Below, one piece after another: positions 37,789-47,601 of a stretch of 64,000 bases of DNA. Every line of letters starts with the position of its first letter. Position 1 is the first letter of the stretch. The notes under the pieces were generated by a model that saw only the letters and a list, made by a program, of their open reading frames with translations, had not been told where the DNA came from and searched no databases. Position numbers and translations under genes: made by a program. Source of the DNA: a virus (taxonomy: Duplodnaviria > Caudoviricetes); IMG/VR virus record IMGVR_UViG_3300023218_000040, positions 128,001 through 192,000 of that record; one strand, written 5' to 3'.

Positions 37789-38045
37789 TGGAACCCGCAT
37801 CAGTACTCGATGAGCTACGCTCGCTGCATCCCGACACCTTTAAGGGGTGGGATGATTTCGAAGTAACCATGAGCGCACGGGACCGCAAGGGAAACAAATG
37901 CGTCCTGATTCTCCTCTATAACAAGGGGAAACAACACGTGGTCGATCTCCATGCTTCCTTCCTCATCACCGATGATGACCAGATCAGAATCGGTGGTGAG
38001 GAACTGGTGGCCGAGTTCAACGAGGCATACGTCGTCAAGAAGTAA
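37788..38045 (+). CDS. Hypothetical protein
   Basis: TAATG coupling. Confidence 0.6.
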   Translation: MEPASVLDELRSLHPDTFKGWDDFEVTMSARDRKGNKCVLILLYNKGKQHVVDLHASFLITDDDQIRIGGEELVAEFNEAYVVKK

Positions 38046-38053
38046 GTACGGTT

Positions 38054-38248
38054 ATGTCTAATCCAAGATTTGAATTCAAGACAGGACCGTATCTGTTTGG
38101 TGATGTCACTGCGACCCGACACGGAGCAATATGGCATATTGAGACCAAGCCTTCCTTGTGGTATCGAGTGTACTGTGTTAGTTTATTGACTTGTATGAAA
38201 ATGTACTCACCGTCGAGGGATATTAGTGGTAGCAATCAACCAGAATGA
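38054..38248 (+). CDS. Hypothetical protein
   Basis: Fits operon order. Confidence 0.4.
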   Translation: MSNPRFEFKTGPYLFGDVTATRHGAIWHIETKPSLWYRVYCVSLLTCMKMYSPSRDISGSNQPE

Positions 38249-38885
38249 TTTAGATCTGAACCAGATAAGCGATGCTGCTCTTCGTCTTGCGCTCGCCCGA
38301 GCGCTGGAGCGTAATGCGTTCATCGAGGGTTTGCTGGTTGACATCAATCGAGCAATCAGACATAGTGAGGAATGGGTTTTGCCCATTCAAGAAGAAACCT
38401 ACGTCATGATCGCCGTGAATGCTGGTGCCGAGTACGAGTCTGTAAGCGAGTATCGTCAGTATTATAGCTACGTCGAGGAAGATAAGCAGAAGCATGAGGA
38501 AGAGCGCATCGGATACAAGTATCCTCATGAGTGCCCGTTTTTCTCTGAGATGTTCCTGTACGATCTCTTTGGTAAGGATGAAGCTCGAACCATTCTTTCA
38601 CTGTTTAACAGCATTCGTCGCCTTTCATCGGAAGAGACTGGTGAGATTCATGACCGTGCAAACCGGCAGAATAGTTTGGTCATCCAAGCTCAAAATGTAT
38701 CGCACTACGAGAAGCAGATAGAGAAAGCGAAAAGATATCTCGATGCGTTCGATGACCCCAAGTCCTGGATCACTCCAAAAAAGACCAAGGAGGAGTACCA
38801 GAGTGACTTGGAAGAAGCACAGAAGAGGCTTATTCAAAGCGCTACAGACCTCGCACATTCGGTTCAGTGGCACTTCGAGAATTGA
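38226..38885 (+). CDS. Hypothetical helical protein
   Basis: 219 aa, coiled-coil-like C-terminus. Confidence 0.6.
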   Translation: MVAINQNDLDLNQISDAALRLALARALERNAFIEGLLVDINRAIRHSEEWVLPIQEETYVMIAVNAGAEYESVSEYRQYYSYVEEDKQKHEEERIGYKYPHECPFFSEMFLYDLFGKDEARTILSLFNSIRRLSSEETGEIHDRANRQNSLVIQAQNVSHYEKQIEKAKRYLDAFDDPKSWITPKKTKEEYQSDLEEAQKRLIQSATDLAHSVQWHFEN

Positions 38886-38966
38886 TATAACACAACGGTT
38901 CGCCCATATAGGCATTCTCGGTAAATATGATTATACCGAATGCCTAAATGGGAGGCTGTTGGAACA

Positions 38967-40235
38967 ATGTCACTAGCAACACAGCTAATAAAGAGAGTTC
39001 TTGAAGAAAAGAAGAAAACTGCTCAGGACGAAATGGGCGTACCGAAGTATGATAATTTTGACACTCCTGATAATCACGTCAAGGGCAAGCCTGGAACCAA
39101 GCCAGTATCAAATCCTGCCGCTGGTTTAGGAGATCGCAAGGACAAGAAGCCTACCGCCAATGTCGGTTCCGCCCATAAGGAGAAGGGACGTGACATGGAG
39201 GGCACCAAGACCAAGCCTAAGAAGGTAACCGAGCAGAGTGTTGGTAGACATCCTGCTATGAAGGCTCTTGGTATCAACATTAGCAATGGACTACTTCAGT
39301 TCCATCACCCAGGCAATCCAGATAAGATTTATACCATTGAGTATGGTCCTGAGTCTCATCAGTTTGTAGTTCGCACCATGGCACGCCATCAGGATGTCAG
39401 CACGGTGTTTGATATGCTTTTAGATTACGCAGAGAGTGGTGCTGGATACGATCCAAGGAACACTGCTATTGGTGAAAATAGGGGTAAAATGGCTGAAGCT
39501 CTTGGTGAGCCAGACGATGGTAAGTTCCTGATTGTTTGGAAAGGAGAGGTTATCGATTCGTTTGATGATAAGGATGAAGCCGAAGCTATGGTTAGCGAGT
39601 ACAACATGGCTTTTGGTGACGGCGCTCGTGTCGCACGCAATCGCAACTGGAAGTCATCTACAAAGATGGGTGAGGCTCCAGACCAAGATCCATATCCTTT
39701 CCACAAGGATCGTCAGCAGGCACAGATGGGACGCCAGACTATGGGTCCACAAGGAAGCACGAATGTGCGTAGTAATGTAGGTGCTGGAATAAAGTCACAA
39801 TTTGGCGGCGGTAACGTTGGCAGAACTACCATGGATCTACGCAACAGAGTGGGTGAGAGCGCACACAAAACCGCTGATGGCGAAATGGACAAAGGTGCAT
39901 ACAGCACTGCAAAGAATGACCCGGCTCGTACCGCCAAGACACGTACGAACCAAAATGATGAGCCCGTTAACAAGGGCAATCCAGGCACGCCCAAGAAGGG
40001 AGAGAAACGTGCCTCGCAGGGTGGGCACATGGACCCGAACCCGACTACCGTTAAAGACTTCAAAGGGGGTGAAAACGAGCATAAATCCATGAAAAAGATG
40101 CACGAGACTGTACAAAGTCTTGAAAGTCTGCTGGGTCGTAAGTTACACTTCGAGATGAAACTGAATCAGTACGTGGACAAATCCGATAAGAAGCGGTTTA
40201 ACAAGCATATGTCTGGTACAATGAAAGCTCGCTAA
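38967..40235 (+). CDS. Low-complexity charged late protein (possible internal head/core protein)
   Basis: TAAATA at 38922, GGAGG RBS before ATG 38967; K/E/G/Q-rich disordered segments. Confidence 0.6.
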   Translation: MSLATQLIKRVLEEKKKTAQDEMGVPKYDNFDTPDNHVKGKPGTKPVSNPAAGLGDRKDKKPTANVGSAHKEKGRDMEGTKTKPKKVTEQSVGRHPAMKALGINISNGLLQFHHPGNPDKIYTIEYGPESHQFVVRTMARHQDVSTVFDMLLDYAESGAGYDPRNTAIGENRGKMAEALGEPDDGKFLIVWKGEVIDSFDDKDEAEAMVSEYNMAFGDGARVARNRNWKSSTKMGEAPDQDPYPFHKDRQQAQMGRQTMGPQGSTNVRSNVGAGIKSQFGGGNVGRTTMDLRNRVGESAHKTADGEMDKGAYSTAKNDPARTAKTRTNQNDEPVNKGNPGTPKKGEKRASQGGHMDPNPTTVKDFKGGENEHKSMKKMHETVQSLESLLGRKLHFEMKLNQYVDKSDKKRFNKHMSGTMKAR

Positions 40236-40261
40236 AGACATCGCAACAGGTAAGTGATAAA

Positions 40262-42016
40262 ATGAAACTCCTGGAGTTCCTGGACATCATTCGGGAGGAT
40301 GACACCAGCGAACCCGGAAAGTTTGTTGGAGCCCGCCTTACCCGAGAATCTGAACGCAATCTCATGCACTGGATGCGTGAGACGGGCTTGCGTAAGCGTG
40401 TCCCACGTGCTCGTCTCCACATCACCGTCATTGGCGATAAGACTAGGAATTTCGATTGGACTCCCGCTGTATTTGATCCACCCCTAGAAGTCGATGCTTC
40501 TACGTATAAGCTTCAACGCTTCGGGGGTGAGAATGAGTGCGTCGTTCTGACGTTTTCCTGCCCTGAGCTAGAGAAACGTCATAACAAGGCACGTAAAGAA
40601 CATGGTATCCATTATGACCATGACCACTATCAGCCACACATTACTGTTAGTGTCGATCCCAAAGAACTGAATAACCTGGAGAGCCTCCTTCTTCCTACCT
40701 TCCCGCTGTATATCGACCGAGAATACGAGCAGCCTTGGGAACACAAATTCAATGAGAGTTCCGAGCGTCGTCGTAAAGAACGTACTAACGAAGATATTCT
40801 ATTCGAGCGCAACCTGCTGAATCCTGAAATGGCGATAGATGCTGCTGATCGTTTCTCTGACTCTTTTGCTCAGTTCGGTGTGCATGTCGCTGAATGGGCA
40901 AAGAGATCCATGCGAAAGTATGTCATCAACAATTTCCCTGCTAAGAAAATCATACAGTACGAGTTGATGGATATCATCCCTCCTGACGCAGACAAACAGA
41001 AGATTGTTCAGGGTGCTGCTGTCATTCAATATCCAAACGACCCTGAAACATTCGGTATCCTGAGTGGACGCACTCAAGAGCAAACTCTGTCATTGCCAAT
41101 CTGGGCTGCAAATGCTCTCCAACGGGGCGAAGAGATATACTTCCTGGACAGCAAAGCCATTTTTGGAAGGGGAGGACTGGATTATCAAACACGGATGGTT
41201 GCAGACTGGTTCAGAAATTTGTCACGTACTAATCCACAGTTGCTTGAGCCACATCGACTCAACAGAATGTCTTGGGCTCAAGCTCTTCAAGGTACCGAGA
41301 AATATCACGAAGAACTCAAACGTAGAAAAGAAGCAGACATTGAGGAAGAGGGAGACAAAGAACTGTACCTGGACCTCGGACAGAATGGTCAATGGTGGAA
41401 GCTAACGGGACCATCATGCCTTGACCGTGAAGGTAACTTGATGGGTCACTGTGTTGCAGATTACATCGATGATGTAGAAAGCGATGAAGCAATCATTCTG
41501 TCACTTCGTGACTCTAAAAACAATCCACATGTTACTGTGGAACTTCGTCCGTTTGAGATGAAGGATGCACAGGGTATTGCAATCGAACAAATCAAGGGTA
41601 AAGAAAACGAGCCCCCTGTGAAGAAGTATTGGCCGCAGGTTGAAGAATTACTCAAACACTTGAAGAGTGAGACCACCATCACGGCTGGTGATGGCATGGG
41701 AGAAGAAGACCTCTTAGCAATGGGTATCATCATTGTTCCATTTGATGACAACGCAATCATTCGAGTGTCAGCAACGGGAGATCCCGGTGACCCATTAGAT
41801 TGGAGTATTGAAATCAAGGGCGTGATTATCGACATGGGCAAGGAGATGGACTACGAGGAAGAAAGCACAGTGGAAGAATTCTCCAACGACAACAATTTGA
41901 ATCCTCAAGAACTCATCTACAACTTAGCCAAGACCGGTGAATATCGAATCGAGGGGTTTGATTCGGATCTCGTAGTCTATCCAACGTATTCATGGTCGAT
42001 GAAAAAGATTGGTTAA
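40262..42016 (+). CDS. Fusion of T4 gp57B/Acb1-like 2H phosphoesterase (anti-CBASS-like) with a PcfJ-like domain
   Basis: FVGARL...VPRARLHITV...VVL.F....L..RH..AR...DH..YQPHITVS...P...DREY.QP matches the recalled T4 57B pattern with two HxT motifs; LDREG..MGHCV..Y...ILSLRD..N.PHVTVE...IEQIKGK.N is PcfJ-like. Confidence 0.75.
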   Translation: MKLLEFLDIIREDDTSEPGKFVGARLTRESERNLMHWMRETGLRKRVPRARLHITVIGDKTRNFDWTPAVFDPPLEVDASTYKLQRFGGENECVVLTFSCPELEKRHNKARKEHGIHYDHDHYQPHITVSVDPKELNNLESLLLPTFPLYIDREYEQPWEHKFNESSERRRKERTNEDILFERNLLNPEMAIDAADRFSDSFAQFGVHVAEWAKRSMRKYVINNFPAKKIIQYELMDIIPPDADKQKIVQGAAVIQYPNDPETFGILSGRTQEQTLSLPIWAANALQRGEEIYFLDSKAIFGRGGLDYQTRMVADWFRNLSRTNPQLLEPHRLNRMSWAQALQGTEKYHEELKRRKEADIEEEGDKELYLDLGQNGQWWKLTGPSCLDREGNLMGHCVADYIDDVESDEAIILSLRDSKNNPHVTVELRPFEMKDAQGIAIEQIKGKENEPPVKKYWPQVEELLKHLKSETTITAGDGMGEEDLLAMGIIIVPFDDNAIIRVSATGDPGDPLDWSIEIKGVIIDMGKEMDYEEESTVEEFSNDNNLNPQELIYNLAKTGEYRIEGFDSDLVVYPTYSWSMKKIG

Positions 42017-42309
42017 GGTCCAGCGAATACGTCTGGTGAACCTTCAGCTACCGATGTGCATGCAGTGATAGCATCACCCACACGACCAGCACCCAGATTG
42101 TTCACAAATACTGTCGTGCTGCCAATAGCAATTGGAGCGGTGTGGGTAGGACATGGGACTGGTGGGAGCAAATGTGGAGTGTTGACATCGCTTTCACGGC
42201 TCCACGGAATTCCATTGACAAACACATCGGGTGATCCTTCTGCCCTAACCATAGGCGAGCAGTGCGGAACGTCATCGTCACCAATTCTAGTTGCTGCTGG
42301 CACGCTCAA
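42013..42309 (-). CDS. PAAR-repeat spike protein (T4 gp5.4-like)
   Basis: PAATRIGD...HC...GSPDVFVNG...R..D...H...H...GS.TVFVN...GRVGD...C...GSPDVF. Confidence 0.92.
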   Translation of the reverse strand: MSVPAATRIGDDDVPHCSPMVRAEGSPDVFVNGIPWSRESDVNTPHLLPPVPCPTHTAPIAIGSTTVFVNNLGAGRVGDAITACTSVAEGSPDVFAGP

Positions 42310-42493
42310 TTTCCATCAGTTGTTGTAGCTTATCATTGAAGGTAGCCATCTGTGCATGTTCTTCCTCCGTGTGAGGTTCAGACGGATACTCCGGAGCAAA
42401 CTTGATTACATGCTCAAAATCGTGAGGAATGTCGTCGTATTCCGAATACGTCTCTAATTCCCCATTTCTAAGAATCACAAATTCACCTTTCAT
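42287..42493 (-). CDS. Small conserved protein adjacent to PAAR
   Basis: MKGEFVILRNGELETY..YDDIP..F.HVIKF.P..P..PHT..EH; TAAATA 5 nt before ATG 42493. Confidence 0.7.
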   Translation of the reverse strand: MKGEFVILRNGELETYSEYDDIPHDFEHVIKFAPEYPSEPHTEEEHAQMATFNDKLQQLMEIERASSN

Positions 42494-42539
42494 ACTATTA
42501 TTTACTGGTGACCGATCCCACACTATTCCCAAATAGTTA

Positions 42540-42568
42540 TTGACGAATAATCCTGTCTCCTGTATACT
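42540..42568 (+). promoter_or_regulatory. Sigma70-type early promoter
   Basis: TTGACG-17 nt-TATACT. Confidence 0.65.
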
Positions 42569-42603
42569 TCTTTCATAAACTTCGGAGACCAATCACGAAC
42601 GCT

Positions 42604-42777
42604 ATGCAGATCGAAGACATTATCATCAAGGGCAAGTACAGCGTCGAGACCACAAACACCAACAACAATCCTCGTGAACTTCTTCGTCAGGCGGCTCTAT
42701 TGGAACTTGAGCGTGGTAACTTCAGTGCCGCCAAGGACATCACCAGCATCCCGAACAACCACTACACCCGCCAGTAA
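42604..42777 (+). CDS. 57-aa hypothetical protein not in the ORF track
   Basis: MQIEDIIIKGKYSVETTNTNNNPRELLRQAALLELERGNFSAAKDITSIPNNHYTRQ downstream of promoter; stop abuts next RBS. Confidence 0.6.
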   Translation: MQIEDIIIKGKYSVETTNTNNNPRELLRQAALLELERGNFSAAKDITSIPNNHYTRQ

Positions 42778-42788
42778 GGAGAACTATC

Positions 42789-43205
42789 ATGGGATACCAC
42801 TACGCAGAATACTCCTGCATCGGTCGGGGTCAGCACAACGGCGAGAACGTCACCTTGTGGCTCATCGGCACCAAGTGGCACGAAAGCGAGTCGCTGAACG
42901 AGGGTGTCGCTTACACCCGAGAGGACGAACACAACAAGATTCTGCGCTGGCAGTCCAACGATGCCGTCGTGCCCGCTGACATCATGGAGGTCGCCACCGG
43001 TCTCTTTGAAGAGAACTGGCCCTTCCGTGCAGAGATGAATGAGGCTCGTGATGCTCAGATGGCTGCTACCATTGCTGCCTACAAGCAGGGTCGTGCCAAC
43101 ATGACCTCCGATCAGCGTGCCGAGGAAGCCTTCGAGCGACTTGCAGCCTTTGGACCCGGAAAGGAAGTAGTGAACGTCATTACAGGTGAGCGCTTCAATA
43201 CTTGA
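42789..43205 (+). CDS. Hypothetical protein
   Basis: AAGGAG RBS. Confidence 0.7.
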   Translation: MGYHYAEYSCIGRGQHNGENVTLWLIGTKWHESESLNEGVAYTREDEHNKILRWQSNDAVVPADIMEVATGLFEENWPFRAEMNEARDAQMAATIAAYKQGRANMTSDQRAEEAFERLAAFGPGKEVVNVITGERFNT

Positions 43206-43254
43206 TTCTTCATGAAATTCGTGTAAGATATTTCATCAATCAAGGAAATCACTC

Positions 43255-43458
43255 ATGCGCTACGACACAGTAACCGTTTCCGCCCAGGTTCTTCAGGATC
43301 TCGTCTACAACGTCGAGCTTTTGACCGCTGGTCAAGGGCATACCACCATCGAGGCACAATGCCGTAAGCTCCAGGGTTACCTGGACGAGTCGGCTTCCGA
43401 GTACACCGGTCACATCAATCGTGGCAACGTCACGTTCGCAGCATTCGGAGGAAAGTAA
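43255..43458 (+). CDS. Hypothetical protein
   Basis: AAGGA RBS. Confidence 0.6.
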   Translation: MRYDTVTVSAQVLQDLVYNVELLTAGQGHTTIEAQCRKLQGYLDESASEYTGHINRGNVTFAAFGGK

Positions 43459-43653
43459 ATGAGCAACAGTGAATACATCCTTATCAACGCCGCTGGGGTA
43501 AATCGAGTCACCAAGAAGCGATTCAACGCCAAGAGCGCCCTGGACATGGTTCCTCTCACACAATGGAGTCAGATCATCAAAAGGTCCGCTGCGGTGGACA
43601 GAATGATCGACGCCTTGCGAAGAAAGGAACGAACCATCACCGGACTGAAATGA
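43459..43653 (+). CDS. Hypothetical protein
   Basis: GGAGG RBS, abuts previous stop. Confidence 0.6.
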   Translation: MSNSEYILINAAGVNRVTKKRFNAKSALDMVPLTQWSQIIKRSAAVDRMIDALRRKERTITGLK

Positions 43654-43680
43654 AAAAGGGGGCCAAATGGCCCCCTTTTT
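43653..43680. terminator. Bidirectional terminator between convergent genes
   Basis: AAAAAGGGGGCCA-AA-TGGCCCCCTTTTT. Confidence 0.85.
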
Positions 43681-43702
43681 CTGTTTGGATTAAGCGTCAA
43701 GC

Positions 43703-46700
43703 TTAATCTTGGTTCACACCCATGATGGAAACTTGACCAGCAGTTGCTACTGCGAAGTTGATGGTTACCTGAGTTGCGCTGTTGGCAATAATTGTGGCCG
43801 GGATAACAACTTCATCGTTGTCATCGTAAACCGTGATAACCGGATACTGCTGATTCAGGTTGTGTGTAACAACCCACTGCGTGGAAGAAGTGAAGGCTTC
43901 CGTATGGAAGATCTTCTTGGCTTCCCACGTCGATGCGGTTGCATCGAATACCAGAGCAAATCCAGCAGCCTCAGCCGTCGTGTCAACATCGTTGAGGTCA
44001 CCAAGAGTTGTGGCACCTTGAATTGCGCTAGCAAGCTGAGCAACTGTAACCTTCTTAACGTTGTTAGAGTCGTCAACGTCAGCGATTGCAATTTCATCAC
44101 CAGTTGCTGGAGCAACACCAAGAGCGGTTAGACTGTTGATGTTAACGTTGAAGGTGATAGTATCACTACCCGGGGTACCAACAGTGTCGATACCCGTTCC
44201 ACCAACGAGGGTTAGAGTATCAGAATTGGTGTCGGCAACAATGTCACCACCACTGTCTGGAGTGATAGTGGTGAACGCTAGGCTACTAGCAGTCTCCCAC
44301 GTTAGCACACCAGAACCATCAGTCCGTAGGAATTGACCAACATCACCGTCATCGGCAGGTAGCGTCAGAGTAAAGCTTGTGGTGATTGTAGCAGGAGCCT
44401 GTAGTCCGACGAATTCACCACCAGTATTATCCTCAAGACGAATGGCACCAGAAGAACCAGTAGTTGGTCCAATGATTCGGACAACACCGTTTTCACCAGT
44501 ACCGTCACCAGCACCAGGACGAAGCTCGATATCGCCACCACTTTCGTCACCACCACCAGCATCACCAGCAGTGATTACAACTGCACCACCATCACCATCA
44601 GTACCACCAGTACCGGCACTCAGATTGATAGCACCACCAGCACCAGTTGTGTTACCAGTTCCAGCAGTGAAGCTGATTGGAGCACCAGCAGTAGCAGCCG
44701 TATCGGCAGTACCCATCGAAGCCGTCCAGCCAGAAGAGGCTAGAGTCATGATGTCTGCTACAGCACCGTATCCGGCAGGAGAATCACCAACATCGAAGCG
44801 GATGATGTCTTCATCAGCATTTTCTTCGACCTGAATCTGAGTGTCACTATCAGCATCCGATAGCAGCACAGCAGAGTCTAGGCTAGACCAGGAGAGAACT
44901 CCAGCACCGTTGGAGACAAGAGCCTGAGTTCCGGTAGAGTCGGAATCAGGAAGCGTCCAGATTACGTTCGAAGTGATTGCATCAGGAGCCTTGAAACCAA
45001 CATAGTTGTTTCCGCTGGCTACTAGTTCGAAGAATCGGAGTTCAGTAGTATCACCAGAATCCGTTCCGATAGGAAGAAGGTTTACGGAACCTTTATTACT
45101 ACTAGCATTACCAGGAGTCAGGTTAATGTCACCACCGTCAGCCGCACCTGAAGAACCAGCAGTAAGATTAATGGAGCCACCTACTCCAGAGGAATTACCA
45201 CCAGAGATGTCTACATTACCACCAGCACCGGTGCTGGAAGAAAAACCACCAGCCAGGACAAGATCACCAGCGTCAGCACCGGTGATACCAGTTCCAGCAG
45301 TGATTACAACATCACCACCAACAGCACCACCATCGTTACCACCACCAGCACCAGCAGTCAGGTTGATAGCACCACCAACACCAGTACCATTACCATCACC
45401 AGCAGTAATGTCAATAGAACCAGCATTACCCTCAGCCGTCTTATTACCAGTAGAAATACTGATCGCACCGGTATCAACGCCAGCAAGACCATTGCTTGGG
45501 GTACTGATAGTGATTGTTCCAGCGGTACCGCTAGTAGCAGTATTGCTACCAGTAGAGATCGTTACTGAACCACTACTAGTATTACCATCACCACCAATAA
45601 CAGAAACATCACCACCATTTGCAGCGCTAGAATTACCACAACGCATAGTAACAAGACCACCATCACCACCAAGTAAACCACCAACACCACCTTGGACAGT
45701 AGTAGAGTGCCCGGCTAACGGAGTGCCGAGCATAGTAGTGTGACCAATCTGAATGGCAGTGTTGGAAATCGTTACGATGTCCTGACGAGCCACTCCGCCT
45801 GTGTCACCAACGTCGAAGCGGATGATGTCTTCATCAGCATTTTCTTCGACCTCAACCCTCGTGTCACCATCAGCATCAACCAACAATGTATTGTCAATTG
45901 ACAGTTCGGTAGAAACACCAGCAGCAACTTCGGCCAGAGTGAAGGTTTGGTTAGCTGTAGCCGAAACGTTGTACAACAGGAAGAGGTCACCCGTAGCAAC
46001 ATCTTCACCAGCCAATGCGTTTCCAACAATATCCAAACCAATTGTTGGGTTACCAGCAACACCGTCACCATTGGTGACAGTCAGACCATCTTCGTTACCA
46101 GGACCAGAAACGGCAATGGAACGATTGACATAAGTTCCAGCAGCAGTCTGAACCGCAATACCGTTACCACCAAGAGAGTTAACGATATCCAGGTCACTCA
46201 GGAAGTCGGAGACCAAACGCTTACGGGAACCATTGTCAACACCACTATCGACAACCGATACATCATGGAACGTAATTTCGTCAGTTGTGGTAATAGCAGT
46301 ATCTGTTAGGTCACCGGTATCGAGGAAGATTGTGGAACCAGACTGTGCAAGACCAGCACCAGCAGTAAAGGAACCAGCACCAGCGAACTGAACCCAATTG
46401 ATGTTATCGGTCTCAACCGTTAGTTGACCATCTCCAATGACCACCCATCCGCTATCAGCGTTGGTAGTACCTTCTTCAACGAACGTGAAGTTACCACCGG
46501 ATACCTCGTTGGATGGAGAACCGTCCTGGTCAGCAGCACGAGTAAGCTCAAGTGCAGTAGTACCATCAGATAGAACTGAAACAGTATAGATACCATTGTG
46601 AGTCGCATCAGCCTCGTTCTTGACAAGGATACGATCTCCAACAGCAAAACCGTTTGCGGCTGTGATATCCTCACCGTCAATGGTGACAACACCAACAGCG

Positions 46701-47260
46701 TCCATTGTCAGCGTAGCGCCAACGCCAGAACCATTCTGCGTATTAGCAGGTAGAGCAGCAGTGGTAGCTACACGAACCGATTCCTTCGGATCAAGACCAG
46801 CAGCCAGACTGTCAACGTAGGACTTCGAAACAGCAGCCGTTGCTCCAGATGGAATTGCTGGAAGACCCAGAAGTTCACCACCACCAGACAGAGTAATGTC
46901 TACTCCGGAAGCAGCCGTGATTCCAGTAGTGTCAAAGCAAATTACTTCAGCACCGCCAGCAGAAACACAGATTTGATCTGCGCCACCAGAATATACACCA
47001 CTATCAAGGTCACCCGTGAAAGTGACCGATGGAGCAACAGCAGTACCCGTCGGATGTACTATTGGGAGGGTGGAAGTTACAGCAGTCGTGCTAATAGAGA
47101 CTCGCTCTGTACCACCAGTAGAGATTCCGATGGTATCAGCAGCGCTACGATACAAACCAGTATCCGTATCACCGTTAAACGAAATTGATGGTGTAGCAGC
47201 CGTATTCAGTGCATCATCAAATATCGCTTGTCCTCGGGCGTCAATCAAACCTATACGCAT
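43703..47260 (-). CDS. Large Gly/Thr-rich virion structural (fibre/baseplate-associated-like) protein
   Basis: PSISF.GD.DTGLY repeats, KSYVD..A.GLD.KESVR.ATT, DR.LVK.......NGIY, DADxDT...EE..DEDIIRFD twice, many GGxIxIxAG units; TAAATA upstream. Confidence 0.75.
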   Translation of the reverse strand: MRIGLIDARGQAIFDDALNTAATPSISFNGDTDTGLYRSAADTIGISTGGTERVSISTTAVTSTLPIVHPTGTAVAPSVTFTGDLDSGVYSGGADQICVSAGGAEVICFDTTGITAASGVDITLSGGGELLGLPAIPSGATAAVSKSYVDSLAAGLDPKESVRVATTAALPANTQNGSGVGATLTMDAVGVVTIDGEDITAANGFAVGDRILVKNEADATHNGIYTVSVLSDGTTALELTRAADQDGSPSNEVSGGNFTFVEEGTTNADSGWVVIGDGQLTVETDNINWVQFAGAGSFTAGAGLAQSGSTIFLDTGDLTDTAITTTDEITFHDVSVVDSGVDNGSRKRLVSDFLSDLDIVNSLGGNGIAVQTAAGTYVNRSIAVSGPGNEDGLTVTNGDGVAGNPTIGLDIVGNALAGEDVATGDLFLLYNVSATANQTFTLAEVAAGVSTELSIDNTLLVDADGDTRVEVEENADEDIIRFDVGDTGGVARQDIVTISNTAIQIGHTTMLGTPLAGHSTTVQGGVGGLLGGDGGLVTMRCGNSSAANGGDVSVIGGDGNTSSGSVTISTGSNTATSGTAGTITISTPSNGLAGVDTGAISISTGNKTAEGNAGSIDITAGDGNGTGVGGAINLTAGAGGGNDGGAVGGDVVITAGTGITGADAGDLVLAGGFSSSTGAGGNVDISGGNSSGVGGSINLTAGSSGAADGGDINLTPGNASSNKGSVNLLPIGTDSGDTTELRFFELVASGNNYVGFKAPDAITSNVIWTLPDSDSTGTQALVSNGAGVLSWSSLDSAVLLSDADSDTQIQVEENADEDIIRFDVGDSPAGYGAVADIMTLASSGWTASMGTADTAATAGAPISFTAGTGNTTGAGGAINLSAGTGGTDGDGGAVVITAGDAGGGDESGGDIELRPGAGDGTGENGVVRIIGPTTGSSGAIRLEDNTGGEFVGLQAPATITTSFTLTLPADDGDVGQFLRTDGSGVLTWETASSLAFTTITPDSGGDIVADTNSDTLTLVGGTGIDTVGTPGSDTITFNVNINSLTALGVAPATGDEIAIADVDDSNNVKKVTVAQLASAIQGATTLGDLNDVDTTAEAAGFALVFDATASTWEAKKIFHTEAFTSSTQWVVTHNLNQQYPVITVYDDNDEVVIPATIIANSATQVTINFAVATAGQVSIMGVNQD
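44784..45852. repeat. 49-nt near-identical direct repeat inside the structural gene (44784-44832 and 45804-45852)
   Basis: TCACCAAC(A/G)TCGAAGCGGATGATGTCTTCATCAGCATTTTCTTCGACCT, period 1020 nt. Confidence 0.85.
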
Positions 47261-47566
47261 TGTAATTTTCCTCGGTTATTTTTTATTTTTATGGCTCTGT
47301 AGGATCTATTTGAAGCCACAATACTTGCCCTTTTATTTAGTCGTTAGCTTCATACATAAGCACTGGAACCCAAAATCGTTGACTAATACTATTTCATTAC
47401 GTAAACTCTATTAAACCACGTTGAAAGGATGTGAGAGGTTTGGGATTTTTGTGCTTCAGAAGAACTGTCAACACTTCTGATGTAGAATCTAGCACATGGG
47501 AAGCCAGTCAATGATGAGCACGGTGTTGCCACGGGGGAAAAGGAGGTCTACGATTACTTCGGGGGG

Positions 47567-47595
47567 TTGACTTCACTCCTGTCGAGTAGTACATT
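47567..47595 (+). promoter_or_regulatory. Sigma70-type promoter
   Basis: TTGACT-17 nt-TACATT immediately before ATG 47602. Confidence 0.5.
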
Positions 47596-47601
47596 TCAAT
47601 C

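Noticed and set aside
43709-47414. Several plus-strand Pro/Ser-rich ORFs
   Set aside because: Mirror products of the Gly/Thr-rich minus-strand structural gene; same for 20799-21395
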